Notes under the pieces: generated by a model
The model's database searches: none
What the model was told of the DNA's origin: nothing
Seen by the model: only the letters and a program-made list of their open reading frames with translations
Position numbers and translations under genes: made by a program
NCBI GenBank assembly: GCA_934309145.1
Contig: CAKRCW010000006.1
Location: 77,905-141,904 of the forward strand
DNA from: an uncultured Lachnospiraceae bacterium
GTDB lineage: Bacteria; Bacillota; Clostridia; Lachnospirales; Lachnospiraceae
Length of the DNA stretch: 64,000 nt
Direction of reading: 5' to 3'
In this document: positions 36,220-45,021 of the stretch, one piece after another
How the letters are laid out: each line of letters begins with the position of its first letter
Numbering within the stretch: position 1 is the stretch's first letter

Positions 36220-36935
36220 AATCAAGTGGAAAAACTGACACAGGGAATAAGCGAAATAATAATCAGGACAGCATATTCTTTAGTGATCAGCCTATTGGCC
36301 CATTGCCTAATTTGTACATAGTAGCAGATGGTATGGGGGGACATAAAGCCGGAGATCAGGCATCAAAGATGGCGATTGATATTACGGTAGATTTTGTTAA
36401 AAATTCAACATTAGAGAATCCTATTGCAGTGCTTAAGAGAGCCATGATATATGCCAATAATGAGATATATAAAGCTGCAAGCAAGGATCCTGAGCTTACA
36501 GGTATGGGTACAACTATGGTTGTCGCCGTTGCGCAGGAGGGAAAGCTCTATGTTGCGAATGTTGGTGACAGCAGATTATATGTTGTTAATTCAGAGATTA
36601 AGCAGATAACTATGGATCATTCTTTAGTTGAGGAGCTTATAAGGAAGGGCGAGCTTGAGAGAAAAAGAGGGCGAAACCATCCGGAGAAGAATATTATTAC
36701 TAAAGCTATGGGATCTAAAGAAGAGGTTATACCTGATTTCTTTGAGATAGATATTAATTCTGAGGATAAATATTTGTTATGTTCAGATGGATTATCCAAT
36801 ATGGTAGAGGATGACGAGATTAGAGACATTGTAGTTGATAACTATAAGCTTGAGGATATAGCACAAGCGTTAGTTGACAGGGCTAACTACTATGGTGGCT
36901 CAGACAATATATCCGTTGTCGTCATATCAGAGTAA
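36216..36935 (+). CDS. prpC: PP2C-family Ser/Thr phosphatase (PrpC/Stp1)
   Basis: VADGMGGHKAGDQAS, CSDGLSN and GGSDNISVVV. It has an ATGA overlap with rlmN and lies upstream of the PASTA kinase. Confidence 0.9.
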   Translation: MKSSGKTDTGNKRNNNQDSIFFSDQPIGPLPNLYIVADGMGGHKAGDQASKMAIDITVDFVKNSTLENPIAVLKRAMIYANNEIYKAASKDPELTGMGTTMVVAVAQEGKLYVANVGDSRLYVVNSEIKQITMDHSLVEELIRKGELERKRGRNHPEKNIITKAMGSKEEVIPDFFEIDINSEDKYLLCSDGLSNMVEDDEIRDIVVDNYKLEDIAQALVDRANYYGGSDNISVVVISE

Positions 36936-36970
36936 TTAATTAGAGGAATATAACAGAAAGGATAGAAGTT

Positions 36971-39199
36971 ATGTTAAAACCAGGAATGATATTATGCGAT
37001 AGATATGAAATACTTGAAGTGGTTGGCGCAGGCGGAATGTCTATTGTATATAAGGCAAGATGTCACAGATTGAACAGAAATGTTGCAATAAAGGTGCTTA
37101 AGCCAGAGTTTAGCAATGATAAGAATTTTGTTACAAAATTCAAGATAGAAGCTCAGGCAGCAGCCGGGCTTACACATCCTAACATAGTTAATGTTTATGA
37201 TGTAGTGGATGACGATGGTATATATTTTATCGTCATGGAGCTTGTGGATGGTATTACACTTAAAGAATATATAGAGAAGAATGGCAGACTTAATATGACT
37301 GAGGCTATTGATTTTTCAATACAGATTGCTTCAGGACTTGAGGCAGCTCATGAGAATCACATTATTCACAGGGATATTAAGCCACAGAATATAATTGTAT
37401 CAAAAAATGGCAATATTAAGGTTACTGATTTTGGTATTGCGAGAGCAGCATCATCTAACACTCTTACATCAGGTGCTATGGGCAGTGTTCATTATATTTC
37501 ACCTGAGCAGGCAAGAGGTGGTTACAGTGACGAGAGAAGTGATATATATTCTCTTGGTATCACTATGTATGAGATGGTAACCGGAAGAGTTCCATTTGAG
37601 GGTGATAACAACGTATCAGTTGCTCTTATGCATATTCAGAGTGAGATGATACCACCAAGACAGTATTATCCTGATATATATTCAAGCTTTGAGAAGATTA
37701 TTCTTAAGGCAACACAGAAGAAGCCTGAGAGAAGATATCTTACGGCAAGTGCGCTTATTGCAGATTTGAAGAGAGTACAGAACAATCCTAATATAGATAT
37801 AGTCGTAGCACCTACAGCTATTACAAACAGTCCTACTCAGGAATGGACTAAGGAGGATGTCAAGGCTATAAGAGATGGCAGTGCATACAAGGATTCATAT
37901 GTGAACAGCCAGCTAAATGCATTTCAGAATCCGCCTGTTCAGAATGAGATGGGTGAATTAAGAGCCAACGATGGTATATCAATGATTCCGGTCAATAATC
38001 AGAAAATTAATGAACTGCTCAATGAAGATGATTCATGGGAGGATGAATTTTATGATGAGCCGGTTGAACCACAGCGAAAGTCAAGTCTTAAGAAGGTTCA
38101 GGATTATGATGACAGTGATGATTACGAGGAAGAGGACGACAATCAGGAGTTAGATCCGGGACTTAAGAAGGCTGTGACAATAGCCGGTGTTATAACTGCT
38201 ATAATACTTGCGATTGTTGTTATGGTTGTACTTGGTAATCTGATGGGATGGTTTAAGTTCGGAAGTAAGAAGAACAGTACCACAACTGAGGCTGCAAACG
38301 AGGTTGCGATGATAGATGTTACAGGCATTTCGGAGGATGCAGCGATTAAGATGCTTAAAGACCTTGGATTTGTGAACATAAAGACTGAGCAGGAGGCTAA
38401 AGAGGATGTTCAGGAAGGCTATGTTTTTGACCAGAACTTCAAGAAGGATGAGATGGTTGATATCAATAAAGAGATAGTCCTTAAGGTAAGTGCCGGGGCT
38501 GAGGCTAAGGATGTACCTGATGTCAAAGGACTTGAAGACTCAAGAGCTGTAACACTTATTGAGGAGGCTGGCTTCCATGTAGTTCATGCATATGAATTTG
38601 ATGATGAGGTTGAGAAGGATTATGTCATTTCTCAGGAGCCTAAGGGCGGAGAACAGGCACCAGCAGGTTCAGATATAGTTATCACAGTAAGTAATGGCTC
38701 AGAGGTTAAGCAGGTTGCGACACCAAGCATTGTAAACCTTTCTGAGGCTAAGGCTATAAACTCACTTAATCAGGCTAAGCTTTCAGCAGGTGCAACATCA
38801 CACAGCTACAGTGATACAGTTCCAGCCGGAAGTGTTATAAGCCAGAACCCTGTAAGCGGAACAATGGTTGATGAGGGAACTACAGTGGATTATGTAATAA
38901 GCGATGGCCCGGAGCCTAAGGCTACGACATATACAGCTAATATTACAGGTAGTGTAACATGTAATAACCCAGACCTTGACGGTCAGGCAGTTACAATACA
39001 GATACAGTTTAATGGCGAGACAGTTGCTGAAAAACCTGCAACAGTTATATCAGGGCAGGCAACATCGGTATCTGGTTCAAAGACTGGATTAGCACAGCAG
39101 AGTGGTTCTGCTACGGTTGTCATACTTGATTCAGCAGGTAATAATGTAACAGCTTCATTCTCACCTAATCTTAGCACAAGCTACACAGCAGAACAGTAG
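36971..39199 (+). CDS. prkC: Ser/Thr protein kinase with PASTA repeats (PrkC/Stk1)
   Basis: A Hanks kinase (GAGGMSIVY, VAIK, HRDIKPQN, DFGIAR, SPEQA), a TM segment at about aa 400-420, three PASTA-like repeats and a C-terminal beta-rich domain. Confidence 0.9.
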   Translation: MLKPGMILCDRYEILEVVGAGGMSIVYKARCHRLNRNVAIKVLKPEFSNDKNFVTKFKIEAQAAAGLTHPNIVNVYDVVDDDGIYFIVMELVDGITLKEYIEKNGRLNMTEAIDFSIQIASGLEAAHENHIIHRDIKPQNIIVSKNGNIKVTDFGIARAASSNTLTSGAMGSVHYISPEQARGGYSDERSDIYSLGITMYEMVTGRVPFEGDNNVSVALMHIQSEMIPPRQYYPDIYSSFEKIILKATQKKPERRYLTASALIADLKRVQNNPNIDIVVAPTAITNSPTQEWTKEDVKAIRDGSAYKDSYVNSQLNAFQNPPVQNEMGELRANDGISMIPVNNQKINELLNEDDSWEDEFYDEPVEPQRKSSLKKVQDYDDSDDYEEEDDNQELDPGLKKAVTIAGVITAIILAIVVMVVLGNLMGWFKFGSKKNSTTTEAANEVAMIDVTGISEDAAIKMLKDLGFVNIKTEQEAKEDVQEGYVFDQNFKKDEMVDINKEIVLKVSAGAEAKDVPDVKGLEDSRAVTLIEEAGFHVVHAYEFDDEVEKDYVISQEPKGGEQAPAGSDIVITVSNGSEVKQVATPSIVNLSEAKAINSLNQAKLSAGATSHSYSDTVPAGSVISQNPVSGTMVDEGTTVDYVISDGPEPKATTYTANITGSVTCNNPDLDGQAVTIQIQFNGETVAEKPATVISGQATSVSGSKTGLAQQSGSATVVILDSAGNNVTASFSPNLSTSYTAEQ

Positions 39200-39211
39200 G
39201 GTGCTGATTTA

Positions 39212-40102
39212 ATGGAAGGAAAGATTATTAAAGGTGTAGGTGGATTTTATTATATCCACCTGCACGATGATAGAATATTTGAATGTAAGGCAAAGGGAGC
39301 ATTCAGAAATCAGGGAATTAAGCCTGCGGTTGGAGATAATGTCTATATGGACATTATAGATGAGCAGGAGCTAAAGGGTAATGTTGTAGATATATTACCA
39401 AGAAAGAATAAGCTTATAAGACCGGCTGTATCGAATGTAGATCAGGCGGTAATTATATTTGCTATGGCACACCCTGAGCCTAATTATAATTTGCTTGACA
39501 GATTTCTTATTATGATGGACAGGCAGGATGTTGATACACATATCTGCCTTAACAAATCAGATTTAATTAAAAATGATTCCATACAAGAGATAAAAAAAAT
39601 ATATGAAAATTGTGGATATAAGGTTATTGTTACGTCCACCTATGAAGATGAAGAAGGATATGATGGCGTAAGAAAACTCCATGATATGATACAGGGTAAG
39701 ACAACAGTTTTTGCCGGACCTTCAGGAGTTGGAAAGTCATCGCTTTTAAATGCATTGAATCCGGATGCAAAGGCTAAGACAGGTGCGATAAGTGACAAGA
39801 TAAAAAGAGGAAAGCACACAACCAGACATTCAGAACTAATGTATATAGGTGAGGAGACATATATTATGGACACACCGGGATTTAGCTCTCTGTATGTAGA
39901 TGAGATGGAAGCAAATGAGCTTAAGGATTACTATAATGAATTTACCATCTACAGTCCACGTTGCAGATTTAATGGCTGTGTACACATCAATGAGCCGGAC
40001 TGCGAGGTTAAAGCTGCGCTTGATAACGGAGCTGTAAGCAGGCTTAGATATGACAACTACAAACAGATATATGAGGAACTAAAAGAAAAAAGGAGATGGT
40101 AG
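39212..40102 (+). CDS. rsgA: ribosome small-subunit-dependent GTPase A
   Basis: Circularly permuted GTPase: NKSDL precedes GPSGVGKSSLLN. C-terminal zinc motif CRFNGCVHINEPDC. Confidence 0.9.
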   Translation: MEGKIIKGVGGFYYIHLHDDRIFECKAKGAFRNQGIKPAVGDNVYMDIIDEQELKGNVVDILPRKNKLIRPAVSNVDQAVIIFAMAHPEPNYNLLDRFLIMMDRQDVDTHICLNKSDLIKNDSIQEIKKIYENCGYKVIVTSTYEDEEGYDGVRKLHDMIQGKTTVFAGPSGVGKSSLLNALNPDAKAKTGAISDKIKRGKHTTRHSELMYIGEETYIMDTPGFSSLYVDEMEANELKDYYNEFTIYSPRCRFNGCVHINEPDCEVKAALDNGAVSRLRYDNYKQIYEELKEKRRW

Positions 40103-40103
40103 C

Positions 40104-40760
40104 ATGAAGAATATTCTTTCACCATCATTATTGTCAATCGACTTTAATCATATTGAAAGAAATGCAAAGGTACTTGATGAGGCTGGTGTAGAGTGGTTTC
40201 ACTTAGATGTTATGGATGGTATATTTGTTAAGAATATATCGTTTGGACCACCGGTAATCAAATGCATCAGAAAGATAACAGACAGCTTCTTTGATGTACA
40301 TCTTATGATTGTAGATCCAATAAGATATATAGATGCATTTAAGGATGCGGGAGCAGATATGCTCACAATTCATTACGAGGCATGCAGGGATTTGCAGGAG
40401 ACAATAGATTATATAAAGGATTGTGGACTTAAGGTTGGTATTGCAATTAACCCTGAGACATCGGTGGATGTTGTTGAGCCTTATATTGATAAGGTGGATA
40501 TGATTCTTGTAATGAGCGTAAGACCGGGCTTTGGAGGTCAGAAGTTTATGCCTATAGCACTTGACAAAATAAAATGTGTCCGTGAGTGGGCAGATGAGAA
40601 GAATCCTGAGCTTAATATACAGGTTGATGGTGGTATCACAATAGATAATGTCGATGCAGTGCTTGAAGCGGGAGCTAATGTCATAGTTGCGGGCTCTGCG
40701 GTATTCAAGGGTGATAAGACTGCTAATATTAAGGCTTTTCAGGAGGCACTTTGCAGATAA
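40104..40760 (+). CDS. rpe: ribulose-phosphate 3-epimerase
   Basis: HLDVMDG, HLM, MSVRPGFGGQKF and VDGG motifs. Confidence 0.95.
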   Translation: MKNILSPSLLSIDFNHIERNAKVLDEAGVEWFHLDVMDGIFVKNISFGPPVIKCIRKITDSFFDVHLMIVDPIRYIDAFKDAGADMLTIHYEACRDLQETIDYIKDCGLKVGIAINPETSVDVVEPYIDKVDMILVMSVRPGFGGQKFMPIALDKIKCVREWADEKNPELNIQVDGGITIDNVDAVLEAGANVIVAGSAVFKGDKTANIKAFQEALCR

Positions 40761-40761
40761 T

Positions 40762-41400
40762 ATGGTAGTTATAGTTACTGGTGGCATGATGGACAACACG
40801 CTTCTTAAGAACGTACTTGCAGACAACAGGGGCGCTTATATAATAGGTGTGGATAAGGGACTTAATGCATTACATGAGCTAGATATAAAACCTGATTTGG
40901 TCGTAGGAGATTTTGATTCCGTAGATAGCGGCATCAGAGCTATATATGCAGGTAGCCCTGGTGCCATTGTTTTAAATCCAAGAAAGGATTTTACGGACAC
41001 TCATGTTGCAGTTTTAGAGGCACTAAAAAGAAAGCCTGACAATATAATAATAGTAGGTGCTACGGGGACAAGGATGGACCACATGCTTGGAAATATAAAC
41101 CTGCTTAAAATCTGCCTTGACGAGGGAGTTATGGCAGCGATTGTTGATAAAAACAATCGTATAAGAATGATAGATAAGCAGCTAAAGATAAGACGTGATG
41201 AACAATATGGACGTTATGTATCATGTATTCCATTTTCGGATAAGGTTACAGGAATATCCATTAAGGGATTCGAGTATGATCTTGATGATGCTACTATAAT
41301 AAAAGAACAGACCATTGGCATAAGCAATGAGTTGAGAGAGGAGGAAGGTCTTATTACAATTAAAGAAGGATACCTGATTGTGATAGAGGCTAAAGACTAA
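40762..41400 (+). CDS. thiN: thiamine diphosphokinase
   Basis: I chose ATG 40762 (MVVIVTGG...), 2 nt after the rpe stop. The track ORF from 40687 overlaps rpe. GDFDS, DTH and GATGTRMDH motifs are present. Confidence 0.85.
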   Translation: MVVIVTGGMMDNTLLKNVLADNRGAYIIGVDKGLNALHELDIKPDLVVGDFDSVDSGIRAIYAGSPGAIVLNPRKDFTDTHVAVLEALKRKPDNIIIVGATGTRMDHMLGNINLLKICLDEGVMAAIVDKNNRIRMIDKQLKIRRDEQYGRYVSCIPFSDKVTGISIKGFEYDLDDATIIKEQTIGISNELREEEGLITIKEGYLIVIEAKD

Positions 41401-42945
41401 ATGAACATATGGATAATATTGTCATTTGTGGTATATATGGTGGGAATGCTCCTCATAGGTATTACAAGTGCAAAGAAGAACAAGAACGCAGATGATTATT
41501 TCCTCGGAGGAAGAAATCTGGGAGGCTGGGTAGCTGCATTGTCAGCACAGGCATCAGATATGAGTGGATGGCTCCTTATGGGACTTCCGGGATGTATATA
41601 TGCGTTTGGTGCTAATCAGGCATGGATTGCAATAGGACTATTTTTAGGAACAGTATTTAACTGGCTGCTTGTATCCGGACGACTTAGAAGATACACAATA
41701 AAGGCTGGAAATGCCATGACAATACCTGAATACTTAAGTAACAGATTCCACGATAACAAGAACATACTTAAGACTATTTCTGCTATAGTCATAGTTGTAT
41801 TCTTTCTTGTTTACACAGCTTCAGCATTTGCAGCAGGTGGTAAGCTCTTTTCATCTGTTATGAAGATAGATTATCATGTTGCACTAACAATCGGTGCGAT
41901 AGTAATTCTTGCGTACACCTTCCTTGGCGGCTTTATAGCTGTATGTAATACAGACTTTGTTCAGGGAACACTTATGCTTATAGGAATACTTACTGTACCT
42001 ATAGTTGCTGTTATGCTCATGGGAACAGGACATATAATCCCTAATCTTATAGATAGCGGACTTACTGTTGATGCAAAGGATTTCCTTAACATCTTCTCAG
42101 AAAACGGAAAGCCTATATCACCAATAAGCATTGCATCACAGCTTGCATGGGGACTTGGTTATTGTGGTATGCCGCATATTCTTGTAAGATTCATGGCTGT
42201 ACGTGATGACAAGGAGCTTGCAAAGTCAAGAAAGATAGCTATAGTATGGGTACTTCTTTCACTTGCTGTAGCTTGTATAATCGGAGTTATAGGAAGAGCA
42301 TATCTCTATCCTACAGTACTTGGAACAGAACATTCAGAGTATGAGAATGTATTTATCGAGATGATTAAGAAGGTATTCCTAGTTGATACCAAGCTTCCTC
42401 TTATAGGCGGATTGATTCTCTGTGGTGTGCTTGCAGCCATAATGTCAACTGCTGATTCACAGCTGCTGGTATCGTCCTCATCGGTTGCTAATGACCTTAT
42501 TGCCGGAGTATTCTTTAAGAAAATGAGTGAGAAGAGTATTATGATTGCAAGTAGAATTACAGTTATTGCCATCGCTATTATCGCTTATATCATAGCTTGG
42601 AATCCAGACTCAAGCATTATGGCTCTTGTATCTGATGCGTGGGCAGGTCTCGGTAGTGCATTTGGACCTACAATCTTCATGTCACTTTACTGGAAGAGAA
42701 TTAATATGCCTGGAGCGGCAGCGGGTATGATAAGCGGTGGACTTACAGTTATAATATGGGATTACATCAAGTTCATAAAGCTTGACGGAGTACGCGTGAC
42801 ACTTGCCACATACACAGGACTTTATTCGCTTCTTGTTGGCTTCTTCGTAAGTTTGCTTTTCATAGTAATATTTACACTCTCAACAGCAAAGGTAAGCGAT
42901 GAGATAGTCAAGGAATTTGAAGATGTAAAAAATGGAATAGTATAA
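41401..42945 (+). CDS. putP: sodium:proline symporter (SSS family)
   Basis: 514 aa with about 13 TM segments. DYFLGGR, SDMSGWLLMGLPG and the general SSS pattern are present. The ATG abuts the thiN stop directly (TAAATG). Confidence 0.85.
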   Translation: MNIWIILSFVVYMVGMLLIGITSAKKNKNADDYFLGGRNLGGWVAALSAQASDMSGWLLMGLPGCIYAFGANQAWIAIGLFLGTVFNWLLVSGRLRRYTIKAGNAMTIPEYLSNRFHDNKNILKTISAIVIVVFFLVYTASAFAAGGKLFSSVMKIDYHVALTIGAIVILAYTFLGGFIAVCNTDFVQGTLMLIGILTVPIVAVMLMGTGHIIPNLIDSGLTVDAKDFLNIFSENGKPISPISIASQLAWGLGYCGMPHILVRFMAVRDDKELAKSRKIAIVWVLLSLAVACIIGVIGRAYLYPTVLGTEHSEYENVFIEMIKKVFLVDTKLPLIGGLILCGVLAAIMSTADSQLLVSSSSVANDLIAGVFFKKMSEKSIMIASRITVIAIAIIAYIIAWNPDSSIMALVSDAWAGLGSAFGPTIFMSLYWKRINMPGAAAGMISGGLTVIIWDYIKFIKLDGVRVTLATYTGLYSLLVGFFVSLLFIVIFTLSTAKVSDEIVKEFEDVKNGIV

Positions 42946-42955
42946 AGATAAACAT

Positions 42956-42990
42956 AAAAAATGCCGGGAAACAATAAAACCGGCATTTTT
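42956..42990 (+). terminator. intrinsic terminator after putP
   Basis: AAAAATGCCGG-loop-CCGGCATTTTT: a 7-bp GC-containing stem extended by A/T pairing, with a U-tract. Confidence 0.75.
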
Positions 42991-43119
42991 CTATGTGTAT
43001 AACTTAAAAGAGAGGATTTATGAAAAAACTATGGTTATAATATAACCTATAAATATGAACAAAATATGACTAGATTAACAACAATGTGTAAAAAAGCTGA
43101 TAAATAGGTGGTTTTTCGT

Positions 43120-43575
43120 ATGAATATAAAGATAATTACAGTCGGAAATGTAAAAGAATTATACTACAGAAATAAAATATCAGAATATATGAGCAGTATT
43201 TCTAAGAGATATAAGGCAGAATTAATCGAGCTAAAAGATGAAAGTATACCTAAAAATGCCAGTGATTTAGTGCTTAATTCTATAAAGGATACAGAGGGAA
43301 ACAGAATATTAGAATATGTTAATTCATCAGATTATGTTATAGCTCTGTGCATAGATGGCGTAAAGACTACTAATCATGGTATGAGAAAGCAGCTTGATAA
43401 GGCAGCATCACTTGGGAAAGATACAGTGGTATTTATCATAGGAGGCTCTCTTGGACTTTCAGATAAAGTTGTAAAAAGAGCGAATTATAAGCTTAGCTTC
43501 TCAGATATGACATTTCCGCATCAGCTTATGAGAGTCATGCTCTTAGCCGAGATTAATGAGGTTGTATCGCTATAA
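43120..43575 (+). CDS. rlmH: RlmH-family SPOUT methyltransferase with a short, non-canonical C-terminus
   Basis: MNIKIITVG..., VVFIIGGSLGLSDKV and LSFSDMTFPHQLMRVMLL match RlmH. The protein ends AEINEVVSL instead of the EQxYRA...YHK tail. I prefer ATG 43120 over GTG 43108. Confidence 0.8.
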   Translation: MNIKIITVGNVKELYYRNKISEYMSSISKRYKAELIELKDESIPKNASDLVLNSIKDTEGNRILEYVNSSDYVIALCIDGVKTTNHGMRKQLDKAASLGKDTVVFIIGGSLGLSDKVVKRANYKLSFSDMTFPHQLMRVMLLAEINEVVSL

Positions 43576-43584
43576 TCTAAGCTG

Positions 43585-44031
43585 CTACTTGTGATAAGTT
43601 ATATTGTTAAGTATTGTATAAGCCCTGTATAGCTGCTCTGTAAGTGCTGTTATGGCAATATCAGGCTCAAGTGTAAAGGATGACAGGCATAGCGTGGCAA
43701 GCTTATCGCTTAAGCTGCATGCCTCAAAGCTGTCTGAAATATATGCTTTTTCAAGTTCGTTTTCACATATGAAAAATACTATCGCGGAATATCCATTTAC
43801 GTTTAAAGTACTTATAAGCTTTGACAAATCAACGGATGATATAGTTTCTGTGCCTGCTGTGATGGTATAATACATTGTGTGGGAGCTTAGCTTCGGTATT
43901 TTTTTATCAAATCTTTGATTCGTTTTTAGCTTAATCTGGCAATACGGAGAAGTCCTCTTTGTGTATTCCGATATTGCCGAAAGATAATCAGCATCTAATT
44001 TTTTCTTAGCTGTATATATTGTAATTTCCAT
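43585..44031 (-). CDS. divergent RlmH-like paralogue (knot motifs degenerate, canonical C-terminal tail)
   Basis: MEITIYTAKKKLDADYLSAISEYTKRTSPY resembles the RlmH N-terminus, and the C-terminus LTEQLYRAYTILNNITYHK is canonical. The glycine loop is replaced by FFICENELEKA and TFPHQ by TLEPD. GAGGTGA RBS. Confidence 0.65.
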   Translation of the reverse strand: MEITIYTAKKKLDADYLSAISEYTKRTSPYCQIKLKTNQRFDKKIPKLSSHTMYYTITAGTETISSVDLSKLISTLNVNGYSAIVFFICENELEKAYISDSFEACSLSDKLATLCLSSFTLEPDIAITALTEQLYRAYTILNNITYHK

Positions 44032-44139
44032 AATATTTTCACCTCAATAAATTAATAATAACATGATTTAACATCTTTTAAAATGGTTGATTTAGTGCTA
44101 TGATGTACGCGGATATAAAGTTGATTTGGAGGACATATA

Positions 44140-44952
44140 ATGACAAAGGATAAGAAGATATTGATATTAGACATAGATGGAACTCTTGTCAATTCCAGAA
44201 AAGAGATAACACCACTTACCCTGTCATATTTACATGAGATACAGGAAAAGGGACATATAGTTGCGTTAGCATCAGGCAGACCTTATCCCGGAATGAAGGG
44301 CTATGCCGAGCAGCTTGGATTAGATAAGATGGGCGGCTATGCTGTATCGTTTAATGGTGCAAGAATTATATCGTGCAGGGATGGAAGTGCAGTATACGAG
44401 AAAACTATGCCTAACCATTATCTAAAGGATATATACAATTATGCCACAGAGCATGGAATCGGTATGGTTACATATAAGGATGACATGGTTGTGACTGGAA
44501 CAAGGATAGATGATTATATGGAGTATGAGGCGAGACTTAACTATATGCCTCTTAAGCATATTGATAACTTCTGTGAAGAGGTTGATTTTGATATGGTAAA
44601 ATGCCTTCTCACAGCCGAGCCGGAGTATGCAGCACAGTGTGAGAAGGAGCTCTATGATATGCTTTCACCGGAGCTTAATGTATTTCGCTCAGAACCATAT
44701 TTTATAGAGATTACAATGCAGGGAGTAGATAAGGCTGAGTCAATAGACCACCTTCTTAAGATATTAGATATTCCGAGAGAAAACTCAATATGCTGTGGAG
44801 ATGGATTTAACGACCTGACCATGGTTAAATATGCGGGCATTGGCGTTGCAATGGAAAATGCTCAGCAAATAGTTAAGGATAATGCAGATTATATAACGGC
44901 ATCATGTGATGATGATGGTATAGTTCAGGTTATAAAAGAATTTATATTGTAG
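44140..44952 (+). CDS. Cof-type HAD-IIB family hydrolase
   Basis: LDIDGTL (motif I), SGR (motif II) and GDGFNDLTM (motif IV). 270 aa. Confidence 0.85.
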   Translation: MTKDKKILILDIDGTLVNSRKEITPLTLSYLHEIQEKGHIVALASGRPYPGMKGYAEQLGLDKMGGYAVSFNGARIISCRDGSAVYEKTMPNHYLKDIYNYATEHGIGMVTYKDDMVVTGTRIDDYMEYEARLNYMPLKHIDNFCEEVDFDMVKCLLTAEPEYAAQCEKELYDMLSPELNVFRSEPYFIEITMQGVDKAESIDHLLKILDIPRENSICCGDGFNDLTMVKYAGIGVAMENAQQIVKDNADYITASCDDDGIVQVIKEFIL

Positions 44953-45021
44953 TGCATATGATTGACATTACAAATAGTGTTAAGTTAAAATATTAAAAAA
45001 GACAGAAACAGAGGGATATGC

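Noticed and set aside
40203-40826. A long antisense ORF (207 aa, minus strand) opposite rpe/thiN. Similar antisense ORFs lie at 19293-19790, 34986-35471, 52005-52379, 53712-54206, 58139-58639 and 60865-61380.
   Set aside because: Each lies wholly inside a strongly supported conserved gene on the other strand. Their composition is Ser/Leu/Ile/Cys-rich and low-complexity, they lack RBSs, and they have no recognisable motifs. They are typical shadow ORFs of AT-rich coding DNA.
43020-43040. A mini-ORF (ATG AAA AAA CTA TGG TTA TAA, MKKLWL*) behind an AGAGAGGA Shine-Dalgarno-like sequence, overlapping a GGTTATA-A-TATAACC palindrome upstream of rlmH. I considered a leader peptide or attenuator.
   Set aside because: No downstream alternative hairpins or terminator are present to make an attenuator. 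The TATAAT inside the palindrome is more simply the rlmH -10 box.
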